Sequence record: MH645904.1
Length of the DNA: 40,000 nucleotides
Strand: one strand, 5' to 3'
From: Vibrio phage vB_VpS_PG07
Below, in pieces: positions 8,892-18,432 of this stretch; position 1 is the first letter of the stretch; every line of letters starts with the position of its first letter. The position numbers and the translations under genes are program-made. Under the pieces are notes generated by a model. It was not told the DNA's origin. It did not search any database and saw nothing but the letters and a program-made list of their open reading frames with translations.

Positions 8892-9940
8892 TATTCTGCT
8901 CCAAAGTGTGTTAAGATTTCTCTTAGCTCTGCTACTGTCATTTTTGAGAAGTCAGCGTCACAAGGTATCAACGATGCTAGCGCATCGACAAAAGGTGCCT
9001 TTAGTCTCCCTACCGGCATAGGGATATTCTCTGGCATTTCTAAGTCTACTAAACCTAGCTTCACCTTCTGCATGTCGGTTAGTGTAAGCTTCAAGAAGCC
9101 GTCACAAGCCTGTGAGCCAATCTGCTCACGGATGTCCACTAGTACATCTGCCTTGGTGACTCTCTTAGACTTAGTACCTACGGTACCTGAAGCTTTCTTG
9201 CCCATCTTTCGCTCCATCTTTTCTTTTAGTTTGATAGAGTCAGGATGGTCTGGGTATCTACCCATGTGGATTAACTGGGCTGGCTTGATACCGAAATATT
9301 CGCATTGTTGTGCATAAAACCTGTCGCTCATAAAGGCCGGTGCTCCTCTGTTAGTCCATATATCTAGGTCAGTGAACTCCTGTCCTAGGGTGTGTGCTGA
9401 TTTCCAATGTATATTGGATTCTTTCATGTCCACCGCGGTCATGTGGCACTTGTCCATCATGTAATATAGTCGGTAGATGTCTATCGCGTTTAGCTGGTTA
9501 AACGTAGAGGGGTTATCCCACATATCGGAAGACTTTAGCCAGTCTGCGGTAGCATTTGCAAAAGGAGTGCGGTGAGGCACTGGAGAGTGCTTTGGGCGTA
9601 ACCACTTAACAGGTTCACGCGGCAAAGAACCATCACGCAGTATAGTCCCTAGATGATACTCTCCACCAAACCGCATTTCAGCCTCTTCGACCAGAGCCAT
9701 GGACAAGTCCCACAGCCATTGGTAGTTGCCAATACCGTCCGCTACCCATCTAGTACACGGATGGTTTGGGTAAGCCAGCTCGTAAGGCTTACCTGATTTA
9801 TTTAGAGGTACTGGGTTATCGTTCATCAGCAAGGCAGAGCATAACATCTGTACTGACTCTTTCATCTGTGAGATAACATGTTTGTTGCAGTGGTACATTG
9901 CCGCTACTTTAGGGTCTAGGTCAAGTACAAATATGTTCAC
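8891..9940 (-). CDS. conserved phage protein, resembles pyrimidine-dimer glycosylase-like family
   Basis: MNIFVLDLDP..AAMYHCNKHVISQMKESVQML..NHPCTRWV pattern seen in phage proteins of this type. Confidence 0.6.
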   Translation of the reverse strand: MNIFVLDLDPKVAAMYHCNKHVISQMKESVQMLCSALLMNDNPVPLNKSGKPYELAYPNHPCTRWVADGIGNYQWLWDLSMALVEEAEMRFGGEYHLGTILRDGSLPREPVKWLRPKHSPVPHRTPFANATADWLKSSDMWDNPSTFNQLNAIDIYRLYYMMDKCHMTAVDMKESNIHWKSAHTLGQEFTDLDIWTNRGAPAFMSDRFYAQQCEYFGIKPAQLIHMGRYPDHPDSIKLKEKMERKMGKKASGTVGTKSKRVTKADVLVDIREQIGSQACDGFLKLTLTDMQKVKLGLVDLEMPENIPMPVGRLKAPFVDALASLIPCDADFSKMTVAELREILTHFGAE

Positions 9941-9949
9941 TAAACACTC

Positions 9950-10519
9950 CTAGTCTTCTTCAAAATACTCAGCACCAGCAGCTACAAGCTTACGTGCTTT
10001 AAGTTTAAGAGCGTCAATCTCTTTCTCAAGATATACACGCTCACGTTCGATACGGTCAGCCTCAGCTAGCACACGCTCCATTTTCTTTTCAAGACGGTAC
10101 TGACACTCGTCTACAGATTTAAGCTCTAGGTCTTTTACCATTTTCTCACAGGCGGCTTTGCTAGTGTCTAGAACCCAGTAGCCGTCTTCAAAGACAGGAG
10201 TACCTGGCTCGTCGATGTGAGTTTTCCAGTGGCCACCCCCAGACAATTTACCACCATGTTTCTCTGGGTCGAAGGGAACAGCGTGACCGTAGATATCTTC
10301 AGAGTAATTGTCTTCCTCGTCCTCCTCGACCTCGTAGTCAGGAGTAGGGTAAATACCGAAAGACTCAGCGTTGTCACAAGCCATTTCCCATAAGGTCTCG
10401 TTGACTTCGCTGCTCTCCATAACTTTTTCAGGGTCTTCGACTTCAAAGTAGCAGATACCTGTTGCATCACAACCAACACCAGCTCCACCTAGTTTGTAAA
10501 AGAATAAGTAGTTTTTCAT
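9950..10519 (-). CDS. hypothetical protein
   Basis: ORF 189 aa, acidic. Confidence 0.7.
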   Translation of the reverse strand: MKNYLFFYKLGGAGVGCDATGICYFEVEDPEKVMESSEVNETLWEMACDNAESFGIYPTPDYEVEEDEEDNYSEDIYGHAVPFDPEKHGGKLSGGGHWKTHIDEPGTPVFEDGYWVLDTSKAACEKMVKDLELKSVDECQYRLEKKMERVLAEADRIERERVYLEKEIDALKLKARKLVAAGAEYFEED

Positions 10520-10534
10520 ATTGGCTCCAGTTGG

Positions 10535-10774
10535 TTATTTAAAGTAGTCTATAGTCTGGTCGAATTCTTTCATACGCATAACATATCTAGCAATTAATAG
10601 CTTTGTCGCAATCACCAAGCGAGCTCTAGAGCTAGTGCTAGTGTCGAAGCGTCTACGCCTAGCTAAATCTTGTGCCCTCTCTTTATTAGAGATGTGTACA
10701 TACGCACGCAGATTTCTTTTTTCTGAGGCTAACATATCTGAATATGTATAAAATAAGTCGTGCTTCGTACCCAT
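10535..10774 (-). CDS. hypothetical basic protein
   Basis: ORF 79 aa. Confidence 0.6.
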   Translation of the reverse strand: MGTKHDLFYTYSDMLASEKRNLRAYVHISNKERAQDLARRRRFDTSTSSRARLVIATKLLIARYVMRMKEFDQTIDYFK

Positions 10775-10824
10775 CTAATCTTCTCTCAATTCATTTTATA
10801 CATATATTATAACGAAAAATGCCC

Positions 10825-10846
10825 GCCGAAGCGAGCAATTATTTAC
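10825..10846 (-). terminator. rho-independent terminator
   Basis: minus strand GCTCGC-TTCG-GCGGGC then ATTTTT, abutting a TATAAT box. Confidence 0.65.
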
Positions 10847-11397
10847 ATTTCTTCCAGCTCTGCTCTTAATTTATTGAGCAAATCTTGGTACTGTTCGTCG
10901 TCTCTAAGGTTATAGGTAGGAATACCGTAAGTCCTAGAGATGCTCACGGCTGTCGCCGTGCCACCCTTAACTACCCCATAAGGGGATTCTGGGGCGCAAT
11001 ATATTGTTAGTTCTGCATAGGTTTCCGGAGACAGCCCCAACCCTAGGGGTTGAAAAACATTCCGTGTATGGAGCTTTAGTGGGCCCTCCCTTAAGGTATC
11101 TCCGTAAGGATGATGCTCTATGGCTATAGCCTCTGCCCTAGCTCTAAGCTCCTCAGGAGCAAAGTTTAGGGCTAGATATTGGTAGTCACAGTCACCGTTA
11201 TGGGCTCCGTTAAACCCATCCCACGGTAGTATGTGTTGAACGAATAGGTATTTATCCCACTCTTGGTCTACACCTTCAGCGTTACCAGAACGGCCTATGT
11301 ACCGCAGCCCATAGAGTAGTATCCCTACAGTACGTATGCGCTCTCTGTCCTGATTTGTAATATTCCTAGAACCAACTAGGCAAGCTACTTTACTCAT
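10843..11397 (-). CDS. SLOG/DprA-like Rossmann domain protein
   Basis: ACLVGSRNI...GNAEGVDQ...VVKGGTATAVSISRTYGIPTYNL. Confidence 0.65.
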   Translation of the reverse strand: MSKVACLVGSRNITNQDRERIRTVGILLYGLRYIGRSGNAEGVDQEWDKYLFVQHILPWDGFNGAHNGDCDYQYLALNFAPEELRARAEAIAIEHHPYGDTLREGPLKLHTRNVFQPLGLGLSPETYAELTIYCAPESPYGVVKGGTATAVSISRTYGIPTYNLRDDEQYQDLLNKLRAELEEM

Positions 11398-11760
11398 TTA
11401 CGCATCCCACATTGGGTTAACTGGGCGGTAGAATACGATTTGGTCGCTATCCACCCATCGGTGACCTATAGCCCCACAGCACTTGCATTTATATGTGACT
11501 TGCTCTACTTGGTCAGACATATAAGTGCCCCACTCATCTTGCACGTCGGTCTCACGCAAAGCCAATTGAGTTCCCGTTTCAGAATACTCAGGGTGTTCGC
11601 ATTTACGTACATACTCAGTGAGTTTTTTGATTGCATTGGAACATGCTTCGCGTAGGTCTAGTAGCTGGTCACGATACCCTGCATTAGTCATGGTATCGAA
11701 AAGTATACCATCTCTAGACCTGTATTGCTTAACTTCTTCTGGCGCTTTTCTAGTAGTCAT
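11398..11760 (-). CDS. hypothetical protein with Cys-pair motif
   Basis: YKCKCCGAIGHRW. Confidence 0.65.
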   Translation of the reverse strand: MTTRKAPEEVKQYRSRDGILFDTMTNAGYRDQLLDLREACSNAIKKLTEYVRKCEHPEYSETGTQLALRETDVQDEWGTYMSDQVEQVTYKCKCCGAIGHRWVDSDQIVFYRPVNPMWDA

Positions 11761-11768
11761 AAATACTC

Positions 11769-12719
11769 CTAAAAGTTATTATCTGCTGTTTCAGCAAAGA
11801 AGGAGCAGAAAACATCTTCCCTACCTAGTGGAGTACGTCCGTTCCACTCTTCTTCGGTGTACACTTTGGTTATATAGTCTACTACCCCATAGAACTCCTC
11901 GTCTATCTGCTCTTTAAACTTAGTAGGGTTCTTATACATCAAGGCGCATCGTTGTTTACCCATACGCATAAAGGCCTTCTTAGCCAAGTAGTAGTGAGAC
12001 TTCATCTTACACAGTACTTCTCCGTTCAAGGACTGAACCATGTATCCTTCATGTTTGCAGGTTTTTCGCATAGCCACCGCGTCTTCGAAGGTAGTTACGA
12101 AGTGCTTAGGGCGTTTGAACCCCCAGATATGTGCGTACAAATCTAGTTTCATTTCGTCCAGTAGCTCACCTGTTTGATTGCAACGAATACCTATTAGGTA
12201 AGCTCCTGCTTCTTCTGGTATAATATGTGGGTCAGATGGGTCACATATCTCAAACAAGGTAGTATAGTTTTCAAACCCACGGAACTTGTTATCAGTTATA
12301 CCGTAAAGCTCCTCTATAGGAGTAGCGGACTCGATAACCTTCCTAGCTAGTTTGGAGTAATCAGAGTCTAATGTGCCTGTAGTACCTATTAGGGTTTGAC
12401 CTGCGAATTTAACTGCTTGGGCCATGAAGCCATTGACTTTTTCAACGACACGTACTTTCATGTTTGGGTCTACATACTTACAGGTATCTCTTTCTAGGTA
12501 GTTATAGACTTTTCGGAAAGGGCGCATGATAACACGACCTTCAGAGTCTAATACTAGTCCGCGAGATTCCTCTAGCATTGGCCCTGTACCCCACAGAGCG
12601 TCGTAAAACACTTTGCGAGAATACTTATGTATAGTTAGCCCAAGGGCTGGGTATTCTTTAGTACGAACTAGGCCTTGGGAGACTAAGTCATGTAGTTGTA
12701 CTAGATTTAGTTCTTTCAT
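11769..12719 (-). CDS. RNA ligase (nucleotidyltransferase superfamily)
   Basis: VVEKVNGFMAQ (motif I), TRGLVL-like ESRGLVLD, EGYMVQ (motif IV), LCKMKSHYY (motif V). Confidence 0.8.
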   Translation of the reverse strand: MKELNLVQLHDLVSQGLVRTKEYPALGLTIHKYSRKVFYDALWGTGPMLEESRGLVLDSEGRVIMRPFRKVYNYLERDTCKYVDPNMKVRVVEKVNGFMAQAVKFAGQTLIGTTGTLDSDYSKLARKVIESATPIEELYGITDNKFRGFENYTTLFEICDPSDPHIIPEEAGAYLIGIRCNQTGELLDEMKLDLYAHIWGFKRPKHFVTTFEDAVAMRKTCKHEGYMVQSLNGEVLCKMKSHYYLAKKAFMRMGKQRCALMYKNPTKFKEQIDEEFYGVVDYITKVYTEEEWNGRTPLGREDVFCSFFAETADNNF

Positions 12720-13048
12720 TAAGACATCTCTTTATTTAAGGTTCGTACTACGGATTTTGCCGCTTCTTTGGTTCCGGTGTACCCAACCATTGAACTACCG
12801 AGGCATACTACGTAAACGAACTCAGTTTTCGTTTTACTAGATAGACCGAACCACTTTCTAGTTACTGTTACTAGTCGTCCGATAAGGAAGAAGGCCTCTT
12901 CTTTCTTATGTTTTCTACTGGAGATAGGAAACAGTGATTGAGTTACCTTCTTGGTTCTAAGAGGCTCTTTCAGTACTCTACGCAGCTCTACGATAATGGG
13001 TTTTTGGGTTCTTGGTACGTTTGGTCTTGGGGGTCTTGGGTTATGCAT
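12719..13048 (-). CDS. hypothetical basic protein (start trimmed from 13165)
   Basis: internal Met (MHNPRPPRPN) removes most of the overlap with the HD gene. Confidence 0.5.
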   Translation of the reverse strand: MHNPRPPRPNVPRTQKPIIVELRRVLKEPLRTKKVTQSLFPISSRKHKKEEAFFLIGRLVTVTRKWFGLSSKTKTEFVYVVCLGSSMVGYTGTKEAAKSVVRTLNKEMS

Positions 13049-13505
13049 TTGTGCTCCTCTGGCTCTTGGCTCCGTGTAAGTCTTTAAGTTGTAGTGTGTA
13101 CTTACTAACACCGCTGAAGTTACCTTCCCTAACGTTTTGCTGTAGGTTGGCCATAGTGTCAGCAACTTTCACCTTAAAGGCTAAGCTGTCTTGCGCTATC
13201 GAGGTTAGGTACAGGAAGTGCTTATCTTTGCTGTATTTTTCATCTTTGGTGACTAAACTGACCGCCTTAATTACTTCATGGTGGAAGCCCATGTCTCTCA
13301 GGTCATCTAGGCTAAGGTCTGTATCCTCAACCACATCGTGAAGCCAGCAGCCTTGAAGGATTAGGCCTAGTTTGGGGGACTCTGGGTAAAGAAAGCGAGC
13401 CATACCTACAACCATTTCTAGATGGTAACCGTAGTCGTAGCCGCCGTATTTCTGTCCTTTATGTGCTCCTCTGGCAACTAGCTCAGCTAGTTTTTCTTTC
13501 TTCAT
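13041..13505 (-). CDS. Mesh1/SpoT-like HD-domain phosphohydrolase
   Basis: YHLEMV...GCWLHDVVEDTDLSLDDLR...KVKVADTMANL; start trimmed to MKKEKLAEL. Confidence 0.75.
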   Translation of the reverse strand: MKKEKLAELVARGAHKGQKYGGYDYGYHLEMVVGMARFLYPESPKLGLILQGCWLHDVVEDTDLSLDDLRDMGFHHEVIKAVSLVTKDEKYSKDKHFLYLTSIAQDSLAFKVKVADTMANLQQNVREGNFSGVSKYTLQLKDLHGAKSQRSTNA

Positions 13506-13833
13506 TACGTACTCCTGTGGTCTTAAACTCGTACAGGTCTCCAAATGTGTCCTGGTACGACAGTAAAGAGGATTGTAGGTACTCTACATCTAATAGGTCA
13601 CCTACCGCATCCAGAAAAGCTGTGGTCACACAAGCCTCCGATAGCCCATGAAAATGGGCGTATCGGAAAGTGTCATAGATAGCTTGTTCTAGGTTGGTGG
13701 TGCCAGCTAGCTGATAGCTTAGCTGTGGTGTGCGAAACTCACTGACATAGCCTTCCGCTACTACGTATACAAAGTAGGTGATTCGTTCGTTGCTTTCCAG
13801 CATTGGAGATACTTTTAGCGTATTACCAGTCAT
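13483..13833 (-). CDS. hypothetical protein
   Basis: ORF 116 aa. Confidence 0.6.
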   Translation of the reverse strand: MTGNTLKVSPMLESNERITYFVYVVAEGYVSEFRTPQLSYQLAGTTNLEQAIYDTFRYAHFHGLSEACVTTAFLDAVGDLLDVEYLQSSLLSYQDTFGDLYEFKTTGVRNEERKTS

Positions 13834-13892
13834 ATGTGAAACCTCCGTTGGCGTCTAGTAATAGACTTTTCTTCATTTCAGTTTATAAATAT

Positions 13893-13921
13893 ATTATACG
13901 CCGATTTGAGGGATTTGACAA
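13893..13921 (-). promoter_or_regulatory. sigma70-like promoter TTGTCA-N17-TATAAT
   Basis: minus strand TTGTCAAATCCCTCAAATCGGCGTATAATATATTTATAAACTG. Confidence 0.75.
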
Positions 13922-13932
13922 CTGAAGAAACG

Positions 13933-13954
13933 AAAAAAGGAGGCCGAAGCCTCC
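13933..13954 (-). terminator. rho-independent terminator
   Basis: minus strand GGAGGC-TTCG-GCCTCC followed by TTTTTT. Confidence 0.8.
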
Positions 13955-14304
13955 TATTTACCTTTTTTAACTTTGAAGTTTTTAGGGTCACAAGTTCTTA
14001 TGTGTGCCCCGTTTATTTCGTTATACAGAACTGGGAAGGCTGCGGAACCGTGGCCTTTGTACTCGAAGTAGTACTGGTACCCATCTATACACCGGCGATG
14101 TAGGTGATAAGACTTCCCTGACCAGGTATCCGTGTTCTCTACTGGTAGGTTCAGGTATACGTCCACCTTCTTGGCTATAGGAGCTTGGCCCGTAGATAGC
14201 TCCTTCCCTGTATCCTTGTCCACGTATACAATTTTCTTTTCCGGACTACATGCGACTAGGCTCGTTGCAGCTAGTATCGTTATAATACTCTTATTTAAGA
14301 ACAT
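13954..14304 (-). CDS. small lipoprotein
   Basis: signal peptide with lipobox SLVAC. Confidence 0.65.
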   Translation of the reverse strand: MFLNKSIITILAATSLVACSPEKKIVYVDKDTGKELSTGQAPIAKKVDVYLNLPVENTDTWSGKSYHLHRRCIDGYQYYFEYKGHGSAAFPVLYNEINGAHIRTCDPKNFKVKKGK

Positions 14305-14346
14305 TAGCTATCTCCAGGGGTTAGGCGGCTTTCGCCGCCTGTTATG

Positions 14347-15768
14347 TTACGCGTAAGAATCTGATGCCATGCGGATGTCTTGGAAGGTACGGAAGTTTTC
14401 TTCAAACACCTGACCATCTTCAAACACTGTACGTAAAGCGGAGCTAGGGTGACGTACGTCTGTATCTCCTAGTACCACTGTTTCGTACTTACCGCCACGG
14501 TAGACTAAATCTAGACGACCGGCTTTAGACTTTTTGCTAGGGTCAGTTTCAGGTGCCTTAAACACATCACGCCATACTCCGTCTACTTCCATAGCAGAGC
14601 ACTTCATAGCGAATTTCTGTGTATCTCGGTCACAGTGCTGTAGAAGGCCACCACCCATACCGAAGGCCAGGTTCTCCGCAGAGAACTTCTTAACGCCTAC
14701 CATCCAGTTAAGGATGCGTTCGATAGCTTGGCCATCCACGCCATCTCCTTGGATTACTCGGTACTGAGGGTCTAGTACTTTGTATCCTTTAGAGTTGACT
14801 TCTCCGCCTACAGTGTTCCACACGGCATTCATGCACTTCATAACCATGTCAATTGGTTCTCCAGAGTCAGGACGAAGTACACATATGCCGCCTTTCTCAC
14901 GTAGAGCTTTGTGAAGTGCTCCGTTAGGGTCTAGGATACGACGCAAAGCGTCGTCCGTAGAGTAAGAGTCAATTACGATAGCGAAGGTACCGACCCCGAA
15001 GTTCTCGATAGAGTTCATGAACGCCTCATCTTCCCCATCACGTAAGTAACAGGTAGTAGTTGAGTGTTCACGAGCTGGAATCGAGATACCTGACATCTCT
15101 ACACCGTACAAGAACTCTACTAGTAGAGTCGCTTCAATGGTATCAGTACCCACGAAGTTGTACAGATGACCCATCCCACCGATACCGGCAGACTCCGCAG
15201 AAGATACGCCACGTGCTCCAAAGTCGTGCAGGCGAGTCTTCAGAACCATATCGTAGGCATCCCCTACTAGGTCAGTAGACATGTCAAGGTATTCTTTGAT
15301 AAAGCGCTTAGCTTTAAAACTAATAGTAGCTGTAGTCGTTGGGTACCATAGACCACGTAGTAACATAGTCTCTAGGTATCCAGGGAGCCAGCCAAATCCG
15401 TCAACCGTGGACTCAATAGTGAAAAGTACGTTTTTCACTGGAATAACATCGCCTTCTTTAGCTGCTCTAATTCGAACAGGAAGCTTTCCGTCAAGTTCGT
15501 CTACGATACGCATCCAGCCATCAATATTGAACAGGTCTTGTCCAAAATGAAGGTTCCAGTAGCGTTGCGCTTTCAAGACTTGCTTCTTAGTTACACCACG
15601 TTTAAGAATTGATGTCAGGTATTTTACCCCCGCCACCATGACTTCATCATAGACTCCGCCACGAGATTCAATGTAGTAGTGAGAACGGTTCATTCCTTGT
15701 GGGAATTGTAGCCAGTGAGAGACTTTGTAAGAGTCAGTTGCCAAACAGATATTTGAGTTTACAAACAT
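14347..15768 (-). CDS. nadV: nicotinamide phosphoribosyltransferase
   Basis: ATDSYKVSHWLQFP...YYIESRGG...RLHDFGARGVSSAESAGIGGMGHLYNFVGTDTIE...VIDSYSTDD...VLRPDSGEP. Confidence 0.93.
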   Translation of the reverse strand: MFVNSNICLATDSYKVSHWLQFPQGMNRSHYYIESRGGVYDEVMVAGVKYLTSILKRGVTKKQVLKAQRYWNLHFGQDLFNIDGWMRIVDELDGKLPVRIRAAKEGDVIPVKNVLFTIESTVDGFGWLPGYLETMLLRGLWYPTTTATISFKAKRFIKEYLDMSTDLVGDAYDMVLKTRLHDFGARGVSSAESAGIGGMGHLYNFVGTDTIEATLLVEFLYGVEMSGISIPAREHSTTTCYLRDGEDEAFMNSIENFGVGTFAIVIDSYSTDDALRRILDPNGALHKALREKGGICVLRPDSGEPIDMVMKCMNAVWNTVGGEVNSKGYKVLDPQYRVIQGDGVDGQAIERILNWMVGVKKFSAENLAFGMGGGLLQHCDRDTQKFAMKCSAMEVDGVWRDVFKAPETDPSKKSKAGRLDLVYRGGKYETVVLGDTDVRHPSSALRTVFEDGQVFEENFRTFQDIRMASDSYA

Positions 15769-15845
15769 AATATGTTTCCTTTAGGGTAAAACCCTGCTGC
15801 GAGGTGAAACCTCTGGTTAGTTTTGTGGGATAAGGTAAAGCCTTA

Positions 15846-16844
15846 TTAGTCCACTTCAAATTCTCTAATCATAGAGATTATGATGCCATAATGGTCATCG
15901 TACATTTTTAGATGCCTCAGCTCTGCGATGGTAAACCATCGAGCTTCTGCTGCATCGTCTCCACCAGTAACTTCTGGTAAGAGACTGTTAACTTGGAACG
16001 CGAAAGCTGTAGTGACAATACGACCTGCCTCAGAGCGGTCTACAGCGTCGAATCGGTCGTCCTTAACGTAGTGTGTATCGTTAATTTCTAGTCCCGTCTC
16101 CTCTAGGACTTCTTTGTATACATTCTGAGCTTCAGTTAGGTTCGGCTCTAAATGCCCTCCAGGTAGTGCCCACAGACCTTTGCCTGGGTGCTTACCTCGT
16201 CTCACTAGGAGTACATGGCGCTCCCTGTCTAGGATAACTGCGTCTGTACAGCTAGAGATAACCGGATACGGAGAGTCTTTCCAAACATACTGGTTACGCA
16301 GTACAGCCATATGCTTTTCGTACATAGGCTTAGAGCACTCTTTCATAAGAGGAACTAGAATAGACGGGTTAGGAACATTCTCGTTCAAGTAATCCATGTC
16401 TGAGGCTAGTAAAGCTTTGCGAACATCCGTAGCGCTAATTTGTTTGTGTACAGGGAACGAGATAACTTCGATGTCTCTAGCCCATTCTTTTCTTAGGAGG
16501 TCATCTTCGCCTTTTTGAGAGGTAAAGATGGTGGGGGTATGGCCTTCTTTAGTGAGCATACCAATGGTGTTGTGTAGGTACTCTTCCCATAGGTCGTCGT
16601 TGTAGTCAAAATCAGGTAGCAGCTCAAAAGTTACCGGAATGCCTGCTGGCAGACCCATTTTCGCCATTTTCACACGTTCTTTATACGTGAACGGGTTCCT
16701 TAGGCTGCCAGCTTTGTTACTAGAGCCTATAAACACTGTTAGCGTGCTGCTATACTTTAGGGCATTGAGGATTAAGCTCCTATGACCTTTGTGGAAGCCT
16801 TGAAGTCGGCTGATAATGAAACCATGAGTCTTTGTGATAGGCAT
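15846..16844 (-). CDS. bifunctional NMN adenylyltransferase / Nudix hydrolase
   Basis: N-terminal nucleotidyltransferase (GFIISRLQGFHKGHRSLI, ISATDVRKAL) plus Nudix box GGHLEPNLTEAQNVYKEVLEETGLE. Confidence 0.9.
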   Translation of the reverse strand: MPITKTHGFIISRLQGFHKGHRSLILNALKYSSTLTVFIGSSNKAGSLRNPFTYKERVKMAKMGLPAGIPVTFELLPDFDYNDDLWEEYLHNTIGMLTKEGHTPTIFTSQKGEDDLLRKEWARDIEVISFPVHKQISATDVRKALLASDMDYLNENVPNPSILVPLMKECSKPMYEKHMAVLRNQYVWKDSPYPVISSCTDAVILDRERHVLLVRRGKHPGKGLWALPGGHLEPNLTEAQNVYKEVLEETGLEINDTHYVKDDRFDAVDRSEAGRIVTTAFAFQVNSLLPEVTGGDDAAEARWFTIAELRHLKMYDDHYGIIISMIREFEVD

Positions 16845-16955
16845 ATCCTCTCCTAGTAAACTAAAAATTTTTGTCTCTCGATTTTATATTTATATTATAT
16901 AAGGAAATCGACGACGAGGCGAATGAAAACTTTCTAAATTCACCTCGAAAGACCT

Positions 16956-17207
16956 TTACTCTTTATCGTCAGGCTTTCTAGCCTTAGAATTGACATAGAA
17001 ACCAAAAAATGCTGCGGCTGCTCCTACCATAGTAGATACAAACGCTGCTTGAGCTCCTGTAGGGTCTGGAAGCCCTATAAACCACATAGTGATTTGGTAA
17101 ATAAGGTATCCGTACATCCCGCACATCAACCTAGGGATAGGTCGCCAAGCATCGAACATTTGAGCTATCAAGTAGCTCTTATCTCTCCACTTAATCCACC
17201 TATCCAC
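16956..17207 (-). CDS. holin-like membrane protein
   Basis: two TM segments; ...GYLIYQITMWFIGLPDPTGAQAAFVSTMVGAAAAFFGFYVNS pattern seen in phage holin-like proteins. Confidence 0.6.
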   Translation of the reverse strand: MDRWIKWRDKSYLIAQMFDAWRPIPRLMCGMYGYLIYQITMWFIGLPDPTGAQAAFVSTMVGAAAAFFGFYVNSKARKPDDKE

Positions 17208-17466
17208 GAGTCACCTCAACGGTTATTCCCGCAGCTAGGCAGTACTTTACATAGTGATACGCCGCTACTTCTGGCGCTAGGGCGTCAAACTCGCCAGAAG
17301 CAACTTTATCAACCAATAGCTTGCCATACTCCACCATAAAGGTGGAAAAGGCAGGATTTCTAGCAGTAATTCGGGTTACACCGAAAGGTAAAAGGCTCTG
17401 CTCTACTTCTGTAGTCAGGTCTTTAATTACGTCTATCTCCGAGCCACCTGCTTTAATAGTTATCAT
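17200..17466 (-). CDS. hypothetical protein (start trimmed)
   Basis: internal Met MITIKAGG gives ATGA overlap with next gene. Confidence 0.5.
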   Translation of the reverse strand: MITIKAGGSEIDVIKDLTTEVEQSLLPFGVTRITARNPAFSTFMVEYGKLLVDKVASGEFDALAPEVAAYHYVKYCLAAGITVEVTRG

Positions 17467-17759
17467 AGATATTTGTTCTCCAAGTATTCGTACATTCTCA
17501 TGTAGTCGGCTCCATGACCATGGTTGTACTTGTTTTCCAGTGCCCACAGTAGTACGTGAGCCACTTCGTGAATTATAGCGGTTTTCGTGCTTTCCACTTG
17601 ACTAAATTCTAGGATATAGAGTCCTTTCTCCCTTTCTCGGGCACGGGCGCAGCAACCCATCTTAGGTTGGTGGTTTATTAAGTACACAACAGAGGTGTTT
17701 GACAGCTCTTGCTCTAACACATCTGTCGTAAAATCATATATGTTGACTTTTTCTCGCAT
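17463..17759 (-). CDS. small HExxH (zinc metallopeptidase-like) protein
   Basis: AIIHEVAHVLLWALE...HGADY. Confidence 0.6.
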   Translation of the reverse strand: MREKVNIYDFTTDVLEQELSNTSVVYLINHQPKMGCCARAREREKGLYILEFSQVESTKTAIIHEVAHVLLWALENKYNHGHGADYMRMYEYLENKYL

Positions 17760-17821
17760 AAGTTAAAATTCCTGCGCCTCACCGGCTATTGTTTGTATAA
17801 GTCCTAGTGTTACGTGCTACC

Positions 17822-18136
17822 CTAAGCGTATTTGCGTAAATCTTTGTACTCGTTGATTCCCTTATTCCAGTCATCGTACAAGTCCTGGTATTCTACGGGG
17901 AAATCTTTAATTACTGATAAGTCTTCACGCTGAAAAGAGCCGATAACACGAGTGAATCTAAGTGTGTTGTTTTCTTCTACAAAGACCCCCCCATCTACGG
18001 ACAGCTGTCCACACTGACAAGAGTTAAAGTCATGGCTAGCGCGACTAGTAATGACTGAGCCACAATGTTTACACCGTGCCACCGCAATATCAATCATCCG
18101 CTTTTTCCTCTTTCTTTGGTTTAGGTAGTGTTGCAA
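17822..18136 (-). CDS. zinc-ribbon protein
   Basis: RCKHCGSVITSRASHDFNSCQCGQLSVDGG. Confidence 0.75.
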   Translation of the reverse strand: MQHYLNQRKRKKRMIDIAVARCKHCGSVITSRASHDFNSCQCGQLSVDGGVFVEENNTLRFTRVIGSFQREDLSVIKDFPVEYQDLYDDWNKGINEYKDLRKYA

Positions 18137-18284
18137 GCCAGCCTGCGTACTCTGAATTGGTTCGGAACCCTAGTAGGCTTTTTAGTAGTTCTCGGTGCTG
18201 TCCCTCTATTAGGGACGGGTCTTTAATTACTAGTTTTCGTACCTCTAGTGGGAGGTTTCCAGTTAGTAGATGCTTATTTGCCAT
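18090..18284 (-). CDS. hypothetical protein
   Basis: ORF 64 aa. Confidence 0.5.
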   Translation of the reverse strand: MANKHLLTGNLPLEVRKLVIKDPSLIEGQHRELLKSLLGFRTNSEYAGWLATLPKPKKEEKADD

Positions 18285-18432
18285 CGTTCTTTTTCAGCTC
18301 CTTTAAGATTTCTGCCTTACGGGAGAACATCTTATCTTCTTGTTCGTTTTCGGCTTCAGTCTTAGCTGGACAAAAGCCCCCAAAATGGTAATCAAGCCAC
18401 TTTAGAAATTTACGGTATAGGTTACGGAACAT
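18274..18432 (-). CDS. small protein (52 aa), absent from ORF track
   Basis: minus strand MFRNLYRKFLKWLDYHFGGFCPAKTEAENEQEDKMFSRKAEILKELKKNDGK. Confidence 0.55.
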   Translation of the reverse strand: MFRNLYRKFLKWLDYHFGGFCPAKTEAENEQEDKMFSRKAEILKELKKNDGK

